Source: Escherichia coli
Lineage (GTDB): Bacteria > Pseudomonadota > Gammaproteobacteria > Enterobacterales > Enterobacteriaceae
Assembly (NCBI RefSeq): GCF_003334355.1
Contig: NZ_QOWP01000011.1
Reading direction: 5' to 3' (one strand)
DNA: 64,000 nt
The notes under the pieces were generated by a model, which was not told where the DNA came from, made no database searches, and saw nothing but the letters and a program-made list of their open reading frames with translations. Made by a program: the position numbers and the translations under genes. Shown here piece after piece: positions 22,762 to 35,420 of this stretch; position 1 is the stretch's first letter, and every line of letters starts with the position of its first letter.

Positions 22762-23762
22762 ATGCTGTAACTGAAGGAAGAAAAGTCCTCCTTGAAATCG
22801 CCGATCTTAAAGTGCACTTTGAAATCAAAGATGGCAAACAGTGGTTCTGGCAACCGCCGAAAACGCTCAAAGCCGTCGATGGTGTCACTCTTCGCCTGTA
22901 TGAAGGGGAAACATTAGGTGTGGTAGGGGAATCGGGATGCGGTAAGTCCACCTTTGCTCGCGCCATCATCGGTTTGGTCAAGGCGACCGACGGTCATGTT
23001 GCCTGGTTAGGTAAAGAGTTGCTGGGCATGAAGCCCGATGAATGGCGTGCCGTTCGCAGTGATATTCAGATGATTTTCCAGGATCCGTTGGCATCGCTAA
23101 ACCCGCGTATGACCATCGGCGAGATCATCGCTGAACCACTGCGTACTTATCATCCGAAAATGTCATGCCAGGAAGTTCGCGAGCGCGTGAAGGCGATGAT
23201 GCTGAAAGTCGGGTTATTGCCTAACCTGATTAACCGCTATCCGCATGAGTTCTCCGGTGGGCAGTGCCAGCGTATCGGGATTGCTCGTGCTCTTATTCTT
23301 GAACCGAAGCTGATTATCTGCGATGAGCCGGTGTCGGCGCTGGACGTGTCAATTCAGGCGCAGGTGGTCAACCTGCTCCAGCAGCTGCAACGTGAGATGG
23401 GATTGTCATTAATTTTTATCGCTCATGACCTGGCCGTGGTAAAACACATTTCCGATCGTGTGTTGGTGATGTATCTCGGCCATGCGGTAGAACTGGGGAC
23501 CTATGATGAGGTCTACCACAATCCACTACATCCTTACACCAGGGCATTGATGTCGGCAGTCCCCATACCTGATCCGGATCTGGAGAAGAACAAAACCATC
23601 CAGTTACTGGAAGGGGAATTACCGTCGCCGATCAACCCGCCTTCCGGTTGTGTTTTCCGTACCCGTTGCCCGATTGCCGGTCCGGAGTGCGCCAAAACAC
23701 GTCCTGTTCTGGAGGGGAGTTTCAGACACGCCGTTTCTTGCCTGAAAGTCGATCCGCTTTAA
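22758..23762 (+). CDS. oppF: oligopeptide ABC transporter ATP-binding protein
   Basis: 334 aa; Walker A GESGCGKS, LSGG; start overlaps oppD stop. Confidence 0.95.
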   Translation: MNAVTEGRKVLLEIADLKVHFEIKDGKQWFWQPPKTLKAVDGVTLRLYEGETLGVVGESGCGKSTFARAIIGLVKATDGHVAWLGKELLGMKPDEWRAVRSDIQMIFQDPLASLNPRMTIGEIIAEPLRTYHPKMSCQEVRERVKAMMLKVGLLPNLINRYPHEFSGGQCQRIGIARALILEPKLIICDEPVSALDVSIQAQVVNLLQQLQREMGLSLIFIAHDLAVVKHISDRVLVMYLGHAVELGTYDEVYHNPLHPYTRALMSAVPIPDPDLEKNKTIQLLEGELPSPINPPSGCVFRTRCPIAGPECAKTRPVLEGSFRHAVSCLKVDPL

Positions 23763-23771
23763 ACACAATAA

Positions 23772-23797
23772 GGGCTGACAGTTGTCAGCCCTTTTTC
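23772..23797 (+). terminator. rho-independent terminator of the opp operon
   Basis: 8-bp stem gggctgac/gtcagccc, 4-nt loop, 5-T run, 10 bp after the oppF stop. Confidence 0.85.
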
Positions 23798-23814
23798 ACG
23801 CCGAAAGCGATTAT

Positions 23815-25639
<1,825 letters not shown>

Positions 25640-25781
25640 AGATTAGAAATCCTTTTGAAAGCGCATTGTTATGAGTTTACGCATATGGATTCATCTGGCA
25701 AATAAAAACGCGGGAAAAGCACTGGTCAGCGTCGGGGGCGGGGGTATAATGACCATTCTGTTATTGCATAGAGTAGTTAAC

Positions 25782-25955
25782 ATGAAGCGGAGTAGAACGG
25801 AAGTGGGGCGCTGGCGCATGCAGCGTCAGGCTAGCCGACGTAAATCGCGTTGGCTTGAGGGGCAATCGCGCCGAAATATGCGTATCCACAGCATCAGGAA
25901 GTGCATTCTAAACAAACAGCGTAACTCGTTATTGTTTGCGATCTACAATATCTAA
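25782..25955 (+). CDS. yciY: small basic protein (57 aa)
   Basis: In-frame ATG at 25782 within ORF 25671..25955; Arg/Lys-rich; position between clsA and kch; small-ORF call, modest confidence. Confidence 0.5.
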   Translation: MKRSRTEVGRWRMQRQASRRKSRWLEGQSRRNMRIHSIRKCILNKQRNSLLFAIYNI

Positions 25956-26009
25956 ATGTACTGGGCACCATTGCGGTGCCCAATAAGTTTACTCCTCCGT
26001 CTTTAAACT

Positions 26010-27263
26010 CTATTTTTGCGCCGATTCTTTACTGTCAGCTTTCGTTTCTTGTTCATCGTTATCGCTGAAAATACCATGACCTGAGTTCAACAACATTGAA
26101 ACGAGCATATCATTATTAATCTCTTCACCATTTAAAACTCGCGCCAGAATTTCGCTGCCAAACAGTTGCGGTGAGAGAATGATATCCGGATGTACCATCT
26201 TAATCTTATTCAGGTTTTTGCTATCACTGACGGCGAGAACTGTTTTGACATCACTGCTCATATCTTTTGCCGAGAGTACAACAAACGCGTTATCTGCATC
26301 GTTATCACTCAGCGCCAGAATGGCCCGGCAACGATCGATTCCCGCTTTCTTTAATACAGAACTGTCATTACTGTCACCGGGGATAACATCAGCATTATCG
26401 CCTAAGCGTTGCTCAAGTTGCTTGATATCATCTTCAGGCAAGTTGCTGATAACCGTTACGTTTTGTCCGCGTTGATTCAGTTGCAGGATCGTATTGATGG
26501 CGAGAATCGAATGTCCGCAAACAATAAAATGATCTTTACGATGCATTGTATGATTGTTTCCTTTTACAAGTTTGTTGAATCCCCCGCGGATAAGCGGACC
26601 AAAAATTGAGGTCATAGATGTGGCAAAAACGGTAATGCCGGAAATAATGACCGAAATAGTGAACAATCGTGCTGATTCAGAAACAGGGACAATATCGCCA
26701 TAGCCGACGGTTGACATGGTTTCTATCGAAAAATAGAACGCGGTCATCAAACTTTCTATTCGCGGATTAAAACCTTCGCTTAAATAAAGCGCACCGTAGG
26801 TTGAGTAAAACAGTAATGTCGTGAAACTAATAAATGCAAAAATTGTCCCGGCTGCGGCGCTACTGTGGGAGAAGTCTTTGCGCAGTATCAGCAAAAACAC
26901 CAGCGTAAAAATGCAAAATCCAATACTAAATTTCAGCCAGGGATAAAAATGCAGGGTGTAAATTAGCGCTATCAACAACAAAATGATACTGATTGCCCAT
27001 GCGAGCTTTGCCCGGAACAGTAAGCCAATGGAGTTCAGGACAAGAAAGACGCCGAGCATAAAGAGTGGGGCGTTTGCCAGCAAGGAGAGATCCAACTCTG
27101 AAAATGCTTTGATATGGAAAATATCAAGCAAATTGACCGACATACCATAGATTGTTTTAAAAATAAGCAATCCATTTAAAAAGACGGCCAGCGCGAGAAT
27201 GTCGTGCCGAAGGGTCACCCATAAATTTGTTGCTGTTTGTTTGAATGTAGCCCAGTGACTCAC
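26010..27263 (-). CDS. kch: voltage-gated potassium channel with RCK/TrkA domain
   Basis: ORF track 26010..27281 trimmed to the GTG at 27263 (417 aa); selectivity-filter TVGYGD motif present. Confidence 0.92.
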   Translation of the reverse strand: MSHWATFKQTATNLWVTLRHDILALAVFLNGLLIFKTIYGMSVNLLDIFHIKAFSELDLSLLANAPLFMLGVFLVLNSIGLLFRAKLAWAISIILLLIALIYTLHFYPWLKFSIGFCIFTLVFLLILRKDFSHSSAAAGTIFAFISFTTLLFYSTYGALYLSEGFNPRIESLMTAFYFSIETMSTVGYGDIVPVSESARLFTISVIISGITVFATSMTSIFGPLIRGGFNKLVKGNNHTMHRKDHFIVCGHSILAINTILQLNQRGQNVTVISNLPEDDIKQLEQRLGDNADVIPGDSNDSSVLKKAGIDRCRAILALSDNDADNAFVVLSAKDMSSDVKTVLAVSDSKNLNKIKMVHPDIILSPQLFGSEILARVLNGEEINNDMLVSMLLNSGHGIFSDNDEQETKADSKESAQK

Positions 27264-27562
27264 TGATACCTCTGTAACCACAATTTTGTTTAATTATCTT
27301 AGCGTGCACATTTTCTGAACATACATGCAGCGCGTGAATATGTTAAACAATAGTAGATGACTTTATCCGCAGTAATCAAAGGATTTGAGCGAGCAACTGT
27401 ACCTCAGGAAAGGTCATTTTTCCTGAATATGCTCACATCATATAAAGAAATACAGATAAAGTTATTATCTGCTTGTGGTGGTGAATGCACTGACCGGCTA
27501 TAAGGAAAGGCCAAACAAGAACACGGTTGCAAAAACCGTGCCCTTAAATATTGAATCTCTAT

Positions 27563-27859
27563 TCAGAACACTTTCTTAAATGGTTTCACTGAAACGTGTT
27601 CATAGACTCCTGCCGCTACGTACGGGTCAGCATCGGCCCAGGCCTGAGCTGCTTCCAGCGATTCAAATTCAGCAATAACGGTTGAGCCAGTAAATCCCGC
27701 AGCCCCTGGATCGTTACTGTCTACCGCTGGCATTGGACCAGCTGTCAACAAACGACCTTCATCATGCAGTAACTGTAAACGTGCTAAATGTGCCGGACGA
27801 ACGGAAAGGCGTTTTTCGAGGCTATCAGCTTTGTCTTGAGCGTAAATAACATACAACAC
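27563..27859 (-). CDS. yciI: YciI-like (Dabb fold) protein
   Basis: ORF track 27563..27955 trimmed to the GTG at 27859 (98 aa); start choice based on remembered length. Confidence 0.75.
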
Positions 27860-28014
27860 GGGCACAACTCCTTGTTCGGGAAAGTTGTAAAGTACGTTAT
27901 TTGAAAGGGCGAAGATCTGCAACGGAAAGATGATGTCTTTGTTAAGGCCATGCATAAAGTAAGGGTAATTACGCCAAAAATGACATTTTCACTGATCCTG
28001 ATCGTCTTGCCTTA

Positions 28015-28052
28015 TTGAATATGATTGCTATTTGCATTTAAAATCGAGACCT
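28015..28052 (+). promoter_or_regulatory. tonB promoter (-35 TTGAAT 28015..28020, -10 TAAAAT 28039..28044) with overlapping Fur-box-like sequence
   Basis: Sigma70-like hexamers with 18-bp spacer ~30 bp upstream of the tonB ATG; aatatgattgctatttgc has partial (~11/19) match to the Fur box consensus. Confidence 0.5.
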
Positions 28053-28082
28053 GGTTTTTCTACTGAAATGATTATGACTTCA

Positions 28083-28802
28083 ATGACCCTTGATTTACCT
28101 CGCCGCTTCCCCTGGCCGACGTTACTTTCGGTCTGCATTCATGGTGCTGTTGTGGCGGGTCTGCTCTATACCTCGGTACATCAGGTTATTGAACTACCTG
28201 CGCCTGCGCAGCCGATTTCTGTCACGATGGTTACGCCTGCTGATCTCGAACCGCCACAAGCCGTTCAGCCGCCACCGGAGCCGGTGGTAGAGCCAGAACC
28301 GGAACCTGAGCCGATCCCCGAACCGCCAAAAGAAGCACCGGTGGTCATTGAAAAGCCGAAGCCGAAACCTAAGCCAAAACCGAAGCCGGTGAAAAAGGTA
28401 CAGGAGCAGCCAAAACGCGATGTCAAACCCGTAGAGTCGCGTCCGGCATCACCGTTTGAAAATACGGCACCGGCACGCCTGACATCAAGTACAGCAACGG
28501 CTGCAACCAGCAAGCCGGTTACCAGTGTGGCTTCAGGACCACGCGCATTAAGCCGTAATCAGCCGCAGTATCCGGCACGAGCACAGGCATTGCGCATTGA
28601 AGGGCAGGTTAAAGTTAAATTTGACGTTACGCCGGATGGTCGCGTGGATAACGTACAAATCCTCTCAGCCAAGCCTGCGAACATGTTTGAGCGTGAGGTG
28701 AAAAATGCGATGCGCAGATGGCGTTATGAGCCGGGTAAGCCAGGCAGTGGGATTGTGGTGAATATCCTGTTTAAAATTAACGGCACCACCGAAATTCAGT
28801 AA
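28083..28802 (+). CDS. tonB: energy transducer TonB
   Basis: ORF track 28032..28802 trimmed to the ATG at 28083 (239 aa); N-terminal anchor, (EP)n and (KP)n proline-rich spacer, C-terminal domain. Confidence 0.96.
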   Translation: MTLDLPRRFPWPTLLSVCIHGAVVAGLLYTSVHQVIELPAPAQPISVTMVTPADLEPPQAVQPPPEPVVEPEPEPEPIPEPPKEAPVVIEKPKPKPKPKPKPVKKVQEQPKRDVKPVESRPASPFENTAPARLTSSTATAATSKPVTSVASGPRALSRNQPQYPARAQALRIEGQVKVKFDVTPDGRVDNVQILSAKPANMFEREVKNAMRRWRYEPGKPGSGIVVNILFKINGTTEIQ

Positions 28803-28809
28803 GCAGAAA

Positions 28810-28839
28810 GTCAAAAGCCTCCGACCGGAGGCTTTTGAC
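28810..28839. terminator. bidirectional rho-independent terminator shared by tonB (+) and yciA (-)
   Basis: Near-perfect 30-bp palindrome gtcaaaagcctccgaccggaggcttttgac giving a hairpin followed by a U-run on either strand. Confidence 0.85.
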
Positions 28840-28841
28840 TA

Positions 28842-29240
28842 TTACTCAACAGGTAAGGCGCGAGGTTTTCCTTCAGGATCAACCGCGACATACTTAAATA
28901 ATGCTTCTGTCGCTTTATAGCGTTGCCCAATTGGTTCAGACGCTACTTTTTTCACCCACACTTCAATATTAATGCTGACCGATGTCGTCCCTTTCTGGAC
29001 ACAGCGTGCATAGCAGCACACCACATCGCCGACCGCAACCGGCCGTAAGAAAGTCATTCCTTCAACCCGCACAGTCACTACGCGACCGTGGGCAATTTCT
29101 TTTGCCAGAATAGCGCCGCCAATATCCATTTGTGACATTAACCAACCACCAAAGATGTCACCATTGGCATTGGTATCGGCGGGCATGGCTAAAGTACGTA
29201 AAACAAGATCGCCCTGAGGGACGTTATGTGTTGTAGACAT
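28842..29240 (-). CDS. yciA: acyl-CoA thioesterase (hotdog fold)
   Basis: 132 aa ORF. Confidence 0.92.
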   Translation of the reverse strand: MSTTHNVPQGDLVLRTLAMPADTNANGDIFGGWLMSQMDIGGAILAKEIAHGRVVTVRVEGMTFLRPVAVGDVVCCYARCVQKGTTSVSINIEVWVKKVASEPIGQRYKATEALFKYVAVDPEGKPRALPVE

Positions 29241-29344
29241 GGTAAAACCGACTTAAAAGGAAAATCACAGGCGCGATGCTACTATGATTTTCCTGAGGAG
29301 AACAGAGGAGATACAGCGCCAGCCCCGAAGGACTGGCAGTCTGG

Positions 29345-29884
29345 TTAGGATTTATCTTCCTGCGGCATGTGGCGGTAGATATAGATACCGCTTAACAATG
29401 TGAAGATTAAGGTAAGGGCGGTCAGGCCAAAGACTTTAAAGTTGACCCAAATATTTTGCGGCAGCCAGAATGCGATGTAGATGTTTGCCAGACCGCAAAG
29501 GATAAAGAAAACAGCCCAGGCCAGATTCAGCTTCGACCATACCGGTTGCGGCAGCGTGAGTTCTTTACCCAGCATCCGCTGAATTAGCGGCTTTTTCATC
29601 ACCCATTGGCTGACTAACAGGGCTCCCGCAAATAGAGCATAAATGACTGTAACCTTCCATTTAATAAACTCATCATTGTGGAAGAACAGCGTCAAGCCAC
29701 CGAAGACGACCACCAGAACAAAAGTGATCAGGGCCATCTTCTCAACCTTACGAAAGCGAACCCAGCTATAGATAAGCACAATCGCCGTGGCGACGATCAG
29801 CGCCGCAGTAGCCGCATAGATGTCATAAATCTTGTAAAACGCGAAAAAGACAACCAGCGGTAAAAAATCAAGAAACTGCTTCAT
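29345..29884 (-). CDS. yciB: inner membrane protein, intracellular septation protein family
   Basis: 179 aa hydrophobic ORF. Confidence 0.92.
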   Translation of the reverse strand: MKQFLDFLPLVVFFAFYKIYDIYAATAALIVATAIVLIYSWVRFRKVEKMALITFVLVVVFGGLTLFFHNDEFIKWKVTVIYALFAGALLVSQWVMKKPLIQRMLGKELTLPQPVWSKLNLAWAVFFILCGLANIYIAFWLPQNIWVNFKVFGLTALTLIFTLLSGIYIYRHMPQEDKS

Positions 29885-29913
29885 TTTACGATTCCGTAAT
29901 CAAATGCTTAAGG

Positions 29914-30657
29914 TTATTGGCGAATCAACATATACAGGCGGAACAGATAGATGAGCAATATGGCTGAAATCAGGTTGCTCAAGGTGTTCGCCAGTACGGC
30001 ACCAATTTCCGGGGTTAATGCGGCAAAAGAAGAGGCAAAAAGCAGCAACAGTGTTTTTGCCAGCAACCAGCTCAGTACTGCGGGTGCCACCAGACGCATA
30101 TTCGCCCAAGTCAGCCGCATACTGCTACGCATCGAGGCAAAAACGCCCATTTTGTCCTGTACCAACATCACCGGTGCCAGGGCCAGTAAAATGGCCATGA
30201 TAATTCCCGGAACGACCACCAGCATGATGCCAATCTGTACTAAAAGGGTAGTCAGAAAAATCAGAATAAATAACTTTGGCAATATCGGCGCACTGGCACC
30301 AATAGCTCGCAGCGCACTGACTCTCTGACCCGCAGACACCAGCTGGATAATTAATATTACGCCTCCGGCGAGAATGGCGTTACCGATTAATCCTGAAAAA
30401 GTGGACGCCGCTGAAGCCTGCAGCAAAATTTGTTGCTGTTCCGGTGACATATTCTGAACCAGGTCGAACAACCCACTACTGCCGCTAACGGGCACGCCGT
30501 CATTGAGCTGCGCAAGCTGTGCATCACTGGGTGAGAAAACATGCCCTAACACCACTGTGATAAACGCACATAGCAACGATACCAACAGAATGGTCATAAA
30601 TTGATTACGGAAGAAATTTCCGGTGTCACGGTATACGGACTGCGCCGTGATAGACAT
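29914..30657 (-). CDS. yciC: UPF0259 family inner membrane protein
   Basis: 247 aa hydrophobic ORF. Confidence 0.92.
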
Positions 30658-30851
30658 GCACTCTCCTTGAGTTTTATGCAGGTGTTAATTAGCGGGCAAT
30701 TGTACCCTGGTTAAGCCTCGGGTGGCAGCATCAGGTCTTGTATGGAAAAGCATATCTTTGTAAAGCGGAGGTAATTGCTGGCCTTCAGGCATGGGCAAAT
30801 CGCGGCAAGTGGCGACCGAGTTAATATTTGCGTAGCGAAAATATTTAAAAA

Positions 30852-30865
30852 TTGATTTAAATCAC
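30852..30865 (+). promoter_or_regulatory. candidate FNR/CRP-family binding site upstream of ompW
   Basis: TTGATttaaATCAc is a near-match to the FNR consensus TTGAT-N4-ATCAA, ~150 bp upstream of the ompW ATG. Confidence 0.3.
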
Positions 30866-31013
30866 ATTAACCAGGATTCTCAATGCAACTTCTAAATTAA
30901 TCCAGATCAATAAAGGGTGAATTATCATATGTAATGTGATCTATGTAGGATCATTTGTTACTCCAATGTAGGTATATTCGTCACGTTTTTATAACCATAA
31001 CGACGGAGCGGAT

Positions 31014-31652
31014 ATGAAAAAGTTAACAGTGGCGGCTTTGGCAGTAACAACTCTTCTCTCTGGCAGTGCCTTTGCGCATGAAGCAGGCGAATTTTTTATG
31101 CGTGCAGGTTCTGCAACCGTACGTCCAACAGAAGGTGCTGGTGGTACGTTAGGAAGTCTGGGTGGATTCAGCGTGACCAATAACACGCAACTGGGCCTTA
31201 CGTTTACTTATATGGCGACCGACAACATTGGTGTGGAATTACTGGCAGCGACGCCGTTCCGCCATAAAATCGGCACCCGGGCGACCGGCGATATTGCAAC
31301 CGTTCATCATCTGCCACCAACACTGATGGCGCAGTGGTATTTTGGTGATGCCAGCAGCAAATTCCGTCCTTACGTTGGGGCAGGTATTAACTACACCACC
31401 TTCTTTGATAATGGATTTAACGATCATGGCAAAGAGGCAGGGCTTTCCGATCTCAGTCTGAAAGATTCCTGGGGAGCTGCCGGGCAGGTGGGGGTTGATT
31501 ATCTGATTAACCGTGACTGGTTGGTTAACATGTCAGTGTGGTACATGGATATCGATACCACCGCCAATTATAAGCTGGGCGGTGCACAGCAACACGATAG
31601 CGTACGCCTCGATCCGTGGGTGTTTATGCTCTCAGCAGGATATCGTTTTTAA
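31014..31652 (+). CDS. ompW: outer membrane protein W (8-stranded beta-barrel)
   Basis: 212 aa; signal peptide ...SGSAFA; C-terminal aromatic residue (ends GYRF). Confidence 0.96.
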   Translation: MKKLTVAALAVTTLLSGSAFAHEAGEFFMRAGSATVRPTEGAGGTLGSLGGFSVTNNTQLGLTFTYMATDNIGVELLAATPFRHKIGTRATGDIATVHHLPPTLMAQWYFGDASSKFRPYVGAGINYTTFFDNGFNDHGKEAGLSDLSLKDSWGAAGQVGVDYLINRDWLVNMSVWYMDIDTTANYKLGGAQQHDSVRLDPWVFMLSAGYRF

Positions 31653-31659
31653 TTCCGCA

Positions 31660-31687
31660 CAAAAACGACCCCGTAATATACGGGGTC
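31660..31687 (-). terminator. rho-independent terminator of yciE (hairpin may also act on ompW)
   Basis: Stem gaccccg/cggggtc with AT loop; T-run follows on the minus strand. Confidence 0.7.
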
Positions 31688-31711
31688 AATAAGGACATGG
31701 TATAAAGGGTA

Positions 31712-32218
31712 TTATTTCTTCGCTTCTACGCCATCAGTTTCAGAGCGAATTAAAAATTTCTCAGTTGTTTGCGGAATATTCTGAATCAGCCAGTCGGCCA
31801 TTTGCTTTTCCTCATTTAAAATCGCTTCGATGGTTGGAATTGAAGCTGTATCACCGGCATTTTTTGCTGCTGCTAATAGTGAGGTGTAACAGGCGATTTC
31901 AAATTGCTCGAAGACATATCCGCTAATAGAGCCTTTGACTATTTCATCAGAAGGGAATATACCACCGATTGACTGCCCAAGCGCAGCCATTTTACTCATG
32001 GAATCTTTAATGACTGAACGTGAAATGTCATTACGATCAAGAATAGTTTCCAGTTGAACAATCTGGTTTTTGGTTTCACTAAGATGTTGTTCAATACGAG
32101 CGCGTAGTTCAGGATAATTATCTATACGGCTGGCCATGGATTCAAGCATAGATTCGGCTTGCTTTTCCATTGCGTGGGCGTCACGTAACCAGTCATGATA
32201 ATGTTCAATACGATTCAT
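31712..32218 (-). CDS. yciE: DUF892 ferritin-like stress protein
   Basis: 168 aa. Confidence 0.92.
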   Translation of the reverse strand: MNRIEHYHDWLRDAHAMEKQAESMLESMASRIDNYPELRARIEQHLSETKNQIVQLETILDRNDISRSVIKDSMSKMAALGQSIGGIFPSDEIVKGSISGYVFEQFEIACYTSLLAAAKNAGDTASIPTIEAILNEEKQMADWLIQNIPQTTEKFLIRSETDGVEAKK

Positions 32219-32263
32219 GAAAATGTCCTCTTTATAAAATGACTAAAAGTTAAAATTCATATT

Positions 32264-32764
32264 TCAGGCTTTATTTTCGGCTTTCTTATTTACGTTATTA
32301 ATGGCCAGATCAGTCAGTTTGATGTCGGTGGCCTTTTCTTCTTCCAGGGTTTCTTTCAGAAGCTTCGCTGCTTTACGGTAACCTAATTGTTCAGCCAGCG
32401 TCGCTAATGTCCCGTAACTGGCAATCTCATAATGCTCGACTTTCTGTGCTGCGGCAATCAGTGCGGCATCACGCACTTCGTTTTTCTCGGTACTTTCGAT
32501 GACCTCATTAGCTTCTTCAATAAGACCTTCCATTGCCACACATTTCATGCGCTTAATTTTCAGGTTCGATTCGGACTCCACAACTTGATCAATACGTTCA
32601 ATCTGTCCATGAGTTTCCTCGAGGTGCGCATGAAAAGCCTGACTTAATTTTTCATTTGATGTTGCTCTTGCGAGTTTTGCCAGTGCCCGGGTTAATTGTT
32701 TTTCTGCGCTGTAGGTATCTGAAAGCAGGTGAATAAATACATCTTCAATGGTCTTCATATTCAT
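32264..32764 (-). CDS. yciF: DUF892 ferritin-like stress protein
   Basis: ORF track 32264..32812 trimmed to the ATG at 32764 (166 aa). Confidence 0.9.
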   Translation of the reverse strand: MNMKTIEDVFIHLLSDTYSAEKQLTRALAKLARATSNEKLSQAFHAHLEETHGQIERIDQVVESESNLKIKRMKCVAMEGLIEEANEVIESTEKNEVRDAALIAAAQKVEHYEIASYGTLATLAEQLGYRKAAKLLKETLEEEKATDIKLTDLAINNVNKKAENKA

Positions 32765-32849
32765 ATTTTTCTCCAGTGAAATCACTGCGAGCCATACGGC
32801 CCGCAGATGCAATTATCTTTATCAGCTGATATTAATAATTAACGGTGAA

Positions 32850-33029
32850 TCAGGATTTGCCTGATTTATTACCACCGCTTTGTTGACCGCCTTTTTTACC
32901 CGCTTCAGATGCGCGTTGCGGATCATTTTTAAAATTACCGCCGCTATGCTGACCGCCTTTACGGCCTGCGTCGGATGCCTTCTCACGGTCTTCGGCGAAA
33001 TTTCCTGAACCACCACGATGTTCGGCCAT
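32850..33029 (-). CDS. yciG: KGG-repeat general stress protein (59 aa)
   Basis: In-frame ATG at 33029 within ORF 32850..33086; repeated ...KGGQxSGGN... motifs. Confidence 0.8.
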   Translation of the reverse strand: MAEHRGGSGNFAEDREKASDAGRKGGQHSGGNFKNDPQRASEAGKKGGQQSGGNKSGKS

Positions 33030-33371
33030 GTTATTTCTCCCGTTGCGTTGCATTGTTTCATTAATATGAGTGTTGTGTGTCGACACTCATTAAAATTAGT
33101 CGCTAATGAGAATTAGTCAAATTAAGCGCAACGAGAAGATAGAGGGAAAATATATTTTGAGGAACATTCTGGATATATTAACAATTACCTGAGGAATAAG
33201 TGACTTAGAGAAAATTATTGATTTTACTGGTGTTATGTTGCGGGATTAATTTGTTTGATTATATTACTGTTGGGCGGAAAAATGACGTAAGTTGACGTTC
33301 GACCGGGGTAAGCGAAACGGTAAAAAGATAAATATTAAATGAATTTAGGATTTTTCCGGCTTCATTAAAGA

Positions 33372-33402
33372 AAGTTAAAATGCCGCCAGCGGAACTGGCG
33401 GC
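33372..33402 (-). terminator. trp operon terminator (trp t)
   Basis: Minus-strand CAGCCGCCAGTTCCGCTGGCGGCATTTT, 8-bp GC stem plus U-tract, directly 3' of trpA. Confidence 0.9.
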
Positions 33403-33409
33403 TGTGGGA

Positions 33410-34216
33410 TTAACTGCGCGTCGCCGCTTTCATCGGTTGTACAAAAACTTTCAGTGCCGCCAGCATTTTCTCTGGCTCATTAATATGTTGCTCGATGATT
33501 TTAACAATGGCCGAACCAGAAATCGCGCCCGCAGCTCCTGCATCAATCGCTGCTTTTACCTGATCCGGGGCGGAAATACCAAATCCCTGCAATGGAGGTG
33601 CAGCGTTGTACTCTTTCAGCTTCGCAACCAGATGATTGAGGGGTAACGCGGCGCGGTTTTCTGCGCCGGTCACGCCTGCTCGTGACAGCAAATAGGTGTA
33701 ACCACGACCGTAAGAGGCTATCTGGCGCAGCAGGTCGTCATCGGCATTTGGCGGGCAGATGAAGATAGGTGCGACATTATGACGCAACGCGGCCTGGCGG
33801 AAGGGCGCGGACTCTTCAACTGGCACATCGGCAACCAGCACCGAATCGACGCCGACTTTTTCGCACTGGGCATAAAACTCATCAATGCCTTTGTTAAACA
33901 CCAGATTGGCATACATCAACAGGCCAATGGGAATGGTCGGGTGTTTCTGGCGAATCAGTGCCAGCATTTCAAAACATTGTGCCGGAGTCACACCTGCCGC
34001 AAAGGCGCGCAGAGTGGCGTTTTGAATCGTCGGGCCATCCGCCAGTGGGTCGGAGAAGGGGATACCTAACTCCAGCGCGTCAGCACCGGCTTCAATTAGC
34101 GTATCGATAATTTTCAATGACTGCTCAATGCCCGGATCACCGAGCGTGACGAAAGGAACGAATGCGCCTTCTTTGCGCTCCTTCAACTGGGCAAACAGAG
34201 ATTCGTAGCGTTCCAT
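33410..34216 (-). CDS. trpA: tryptophan synthase alpha chain
   Basis: 268 aa; translation recognised ([28 protein letters not shown]...). Confidence 0.97.
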
Positions 34217-35409
34217 CAGATTTCCCCTCGTGCTTTCAAAATATCGTGAACGGTGAAGATGTCTTTATCGCCGCGACCGGAAAGGTTAACCACCAGTAGC
34301 TGCTCTTTATCCGGGTTTTCGCGCATCATTTTCAACGCATGGGCCAGGGCGTGGGAGGATTCCAGCGCCGGGATGATCCCTTCGTGCAGGCACAGCGTTT
34401 TGAAGGCTTCAAGGGCTTCATCATCGGTAATAGACACGTAATCAGCGCGTCCAGTGCTGTTAAGATACGCGTGTTGTGGGCCGACAGACGGGAAATCCAG
34501 TCCGGCGGAGATGGAGTAAGATTCTTCAATCTGCCCGTCTTCGGTTTGCATCATCGGCGCTTTCATACCGAAATAGATACCCACGCGACCATGTTTTAGC
34601 GGTGCGCCGTGCTCGCCAGTTTCGATACCGTGACCACCTGGCTCCACACCAATCAGGCCGACGTTGGTTTCATTGATGAAATCAGCAAACATGCCGATGG
34701 CATTCGAACCGCCGCCAACACAGGCGATAACGGCATCCGGCAGGCGACCTTCTCTTTCCAGAATCTGCGCTTTGGTTTCTTCGCCAATCATCCGCTGAAA
34801 CTCACGCACAATGGTCGGATAAGGATGCGGGCCAGCTGCGGTGCCCAGCATATAGTGCGCGGTTTCGTAACTACCGGACCAGTCGCGCAGCGCCTCGTTA
34901 CAGGCATCTTTCAGCGTCGCGGAACCGCTATGCACCGGGATCACTTCCGCACCCATTAAGCGCATACGAAAAACGTTAGGCGACTGGCGTTCAACGTCTT
35001 TGGCACCCATATAAATACGGCATTTCAGGCCGAGCAGGGCGCTGGCAAGGGCCGACGCCACGCCATGCTGACCGGCACCGGTTTCGGCGATGATTTCGGT
35101 TTTACCCATCCGCTTCGCCAGCAACGCCTGCCCCAGCACCTGGTTAGTTTTATGCGCGCCGCCGTGCAGCAAATCTTCACGCTTGAGATACAGCGTGGTG
35201 TTCGTCCCGGCTGTAATGTTCTGGCATTTGGTCAGCGCGGTTGGACGCCCGGCATAGTTTTTCAGCAGGTCGTTGAACTGAGCCTGAAATTCAGGATCTT
35301 TTTGCGCACTGACAAAAACTTCTTCCAGCTGGCGCAGAGCAGGCATCAGGATTTGTGGCACGTACATGCCGCCAAACTCACCAAAATAGGGGTTAAGTAA
35401 TGTTGTCAT
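34216..35409 (-). CDS. trpB: tryptophan synthase beta chain
   Basis: 397 aa; PLP-lysine motif region (...HGGAHKTNQ...); stop overlaps trpA start. Confidence 0.97.
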
Positions 35410-35420
35410 TGTTCCTTTCC

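Noticed and set aside
28290-28400. Short-period repeats inside tonB encoding (EP)n and (KP)n
   Set aside because: This is the well-known proline-rich periplasm-spanning spacer of TonB, a normal part of the protein rather than a separate feature.
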